This document shows positions 51,780 through 53,544 of a DNA stretch of 53,544 nt, in pieces. Positions within the stretch are counted from its first letter, which is position 1, and the number at the start of each line of letters is the position of its first letter. The notes beneath the pieces were generated by a model, which saw nothing but the letters and a program-made list of their open reading frames with translations, was not told the origin of the DNA and made no database searches. The stretch covers positions 1 through 53,544 of the forward strand of contig JBBCGM010000003.1 of the NCBI GenBank assembly GCA_037201605.1, given 5' to 3'. A program made the position numbers and the translations under genes. The stretch comes from Candidatus Moraniibacteriota bacterium. GTDB taxonomy: Bacteria > Patescibacteriota > Minisyncoccia > Moranbacterales > UBA1568.

Positions 51780-53108
51780 ATGGAAGCACGAGAGCGTACT
51801 CTGATTGCCGCTTTGCCAGATAAAATAGGTGAAACGGTACAAGTTAAGGGCTGGGTGAGTACCCGCAGAGACCACGGCAAGCTGGTCTTTTTGGACATTC
51901 GCGACCGCAGCGGTAGCGTCCAGACCGTTATCCTTCCGGATGCAACCGAAGCTAAGGAAGCAGCTGAAGGCGCTCGTGCGCAGTGTTCGGTGGAACTTGT
52001 TGGTCTCGTCAAAGAGCGTCCTGCCAAGGGTGAGAATCCTGGTCCGCTCGATGGCATCGAAATCGAAGTAAAAACGCTCCAAGTGCTTTCTCAGCCGGTA
52101 GCTGATCTGCCGATTGATGTTTCGCAATCCGAGATGGGCCTGCAGCTTGATACATTGCTTAATTATCGGACGCTTGCTCTACGGAATGACAAAGTGCGCA
52201 GTATTTTTGAAATTTTCTCCGAAATCCTCGCTGCCTACGAGACCCATATGCGAAAGGAGGGATTTCTCGAGATCAAGACGCCCAAGATCGTTGATGCCGC
52301 AACGGAAGGGGGAGCCAACTACTTCAAGATCAACTATTTCGATCGCGAGGCGTTTCTGGCCCAGAGCCCGCAGTTCTACAAACAAGCCGGCATGAGTGCT
52401 TTTGAGCGCGTCTACGAAATCGGAACGGTATTTCGGGCTGAGCCCCATTTCACTACGCGCCACGTCAACGAATATACGGGTTTCGATGCCGAGATGGGTT
52501 TCATTGAAAGTGTCGAGGATGTTATGGCTGCTCTAGAAGAAGCTATGTTTGCGATTTTCGAGCATGTGGGAGAGAACTGCAGCCAGGCGCTCGAGCTCCA
52601 CGCGGCAAGTGTTCCCAAACGCCAGTCCATTCCGCGTCTACGTCTTTCTGAGGCAGTCAAAATTCTGCGTAAGGAATATGGCAAGGAAACGGAAGGCGAG
52701 GATATCGATGGGGAAGGCGAGCGTCTTATCTCTGAACATATTGCGAAGGAATCCGGTTCTGAATTGGTCTTCCTGACCCATTACCCGACCGCCATCCGCC
52801 CTTTCTACAGCATGCCGAGCACCGATAATCCCGAATACACGGAAACTTTTGACCTCCTTTTCCGTGGTGTCGAAATTGCTTCCGGCGGTCAGCGTATCCA
52901 TACGCCGGAACTTCTCGAAGAGCAGATCAAGAAAAAGGGCCTCAAACCGGAAGACTTTAAAGACTATATTGATATCTTCCGCTTCGGCACTCCTCCGCAT
53001 GGCGGTTGGGGCCTGGGCAGCGAGCGTATCATCCAAAAAATCCTGGGGCTCGGCAGTATCAAGGAAGCGGTTCTCTACCCCCGCGATGTCAAACGCCTTA
53101 CGCCGTAA
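51780..53108 (+). CDS. aspS: Aspartyl-tRNA synthetase, archaeal/eukaryotic-type (short form)
   Basis: Intact 442-aa ORF with OB-fold N-terminus (VKGWVSTRRDHGKLVFLDIRDRSG), FRAEPHFTTRHVNEY and a C-terminal GGWGLGSERI...YPRDVKRLTP. Confidence 0.85.
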   Translation: MEARERTLIAALPDKIGETVQVKGWVSTRRDHGKLVFLDIRDRSGSVQTVILPDATEAKEAAEGARAQCSVELVGLVKERPAKGENPGPLDGIEIEVKTLQVLSQPVADLPIDVSQSEMGLQLDTLLNYRTLALRNDKVRSIFEIFSEILAAYETHMRKEGFLEIKTPKIVDAATEGGANYFKINYFDREAFLAQSPQFYKQAGMSAFERVYEIGTVFRAEPHFTTRHVNEYTGFDAEMGFIESVEDVMAALEEAMFAIFEHVGENCSQALELHAASVPKRQSIPRLRLSEAVKILRKEYGKETEGEDIDGEGERLISEHIAKESGSELVFLTHYPTAIRPFYSMPSTDNPEYTETFDLLFRGVEIASGGQRIHTPELLEEQIKKKGLKPEDFKDYIDIFRFGTPPHGGWGLGSERIIQKILGLGSIKEAVLYPRDVKRLTP

Positions 53109-53136
53109 GGAAAAACTTTTTTAACTTTTACACACT

Positions 53137-53493
53137 ATGTTTCTCTTTCCCGTAGCTTGGCTGATAGGTATTTTGGTTTGGAGGAAGGCAAAAGGCGAGT
53201 TATCGCTATGGAAAACGTTTGCCATACTGACCTTATTTTTTATTGTATCCTACCCATGGATAGCTCTTGGTGTCATGTTTGGTTCGTCAAATAGTCAAGT
53301 AGAAATCATAGCTGCAGACAGTTTTCTTTATGTGCTGCTGGCAATCTTTGTACTGTCTGCAGCAGCTAGTAAGTTTGGTAAAAAAGGTCTCGTTCCTATG
53401 CTTTTATTTGGAGGTAGCGGTTTATGGTTTCTGGCAATGATTGTAGCAAGCTATGTCATTGAAGGGCGCGTAATTTTCTTTACTACAAGGTAG
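53137..53493 (+). CDS. Small polytopic membrane protein, unknown function
   Basis: 118-aa ORF with four hydrophobic segments. Confidence 0.5.
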   Translation: MFLFPVAWLIGILVWRKAKGELSLWKTFAILTLFFIVSYPWIALGVMFGSSNSQVEIIAADSFLYVLLAIFVLSAAASKFGKKGLVPMLLFGGSGLWFLAMIVASYVIEGRVIFFTTR

Positions 53494-53520
53494 GGTCCTT
53501 GCTCAGTATCGGGTGAAAGG

Positions 53521-53544
53521 AGTACCCTAGAGGTACTTTTATTT
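53521..53544 (+). terminator. Rho-independent terminator (at the window edge)
   Basis: AGTACC/GGTACT stem, CTAGA loop, then TTTTATTT. Confidence 0.5.

Noticed and set aside
1-53544. CRISPR arrays, cas genes, reverse transcriptases (retron/DGR), integrases, transposases or known toxin-antitoxin pairs
   Set aside because: I saw no regularly spaced direct repeats. No ORF in any frame shows RT (YxDD), integrase, transposase or cas-like motifs. The only nuclease-like gene is the orphan PD-(D/E)XK protein.

Overview
53.5-kb window, about 50% GC, dominated by housekeeping genes in an order typical of a small uncultivated-lineage (CPR/Patescibacteria-like) genome; that assignment is an inference. 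Recognisable genes are an ABC exporter, mreBCD-mrdA, greA, six aminoacyl-tRNA synthetases (class I lysK, serS, tyrS, pheST, thrS, archaeal-type aspS), frr, rseP, secDF, an ABC-F ATPase, ADP-forming acetyl-CoA synthetase, three NUDIX hydrolases and tRNA-Val(CAC) and tRNA-Lys(UUU). Surface-polysaccharide genes are interspersed: four GT4 glycosyltransferases, three Wzz-like proteins, an O-antigen-ligase-like protein and a methyltransferase. Near-consensus TTGACA-N17/18-TATAAT promoters and hairpin plus T-tract terminators are readable. Two things dominate. (1) Reading frames are broken by many 1-nt indels, mostly at homopolymers, in two blocks (about 14.2-27.0 kb and 30.0-49.5 kb), while the flanking DNA has long intact ORFs. 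Essential genes are hit, so assembly error is more likely than decay. (2) A 3.5-kb high-GC island (15022-18546) encodes signal-peptide, LysM and proline-rich proteins I cannot assign. It lies next to an imperfect duplication of a terminator/promoter module, and its last gene has a structured 5' leader. Other leads are outer-membrane-type proteins (PagL-like, TorF-like barrel), a SET-domain methyltransferase next to a histidine kinase and tandem-REC regulator, a greA leader attenuator and a truncated FtsX permease. I found no CRISPR array, reverse transcriptase, integrase or known defence system.
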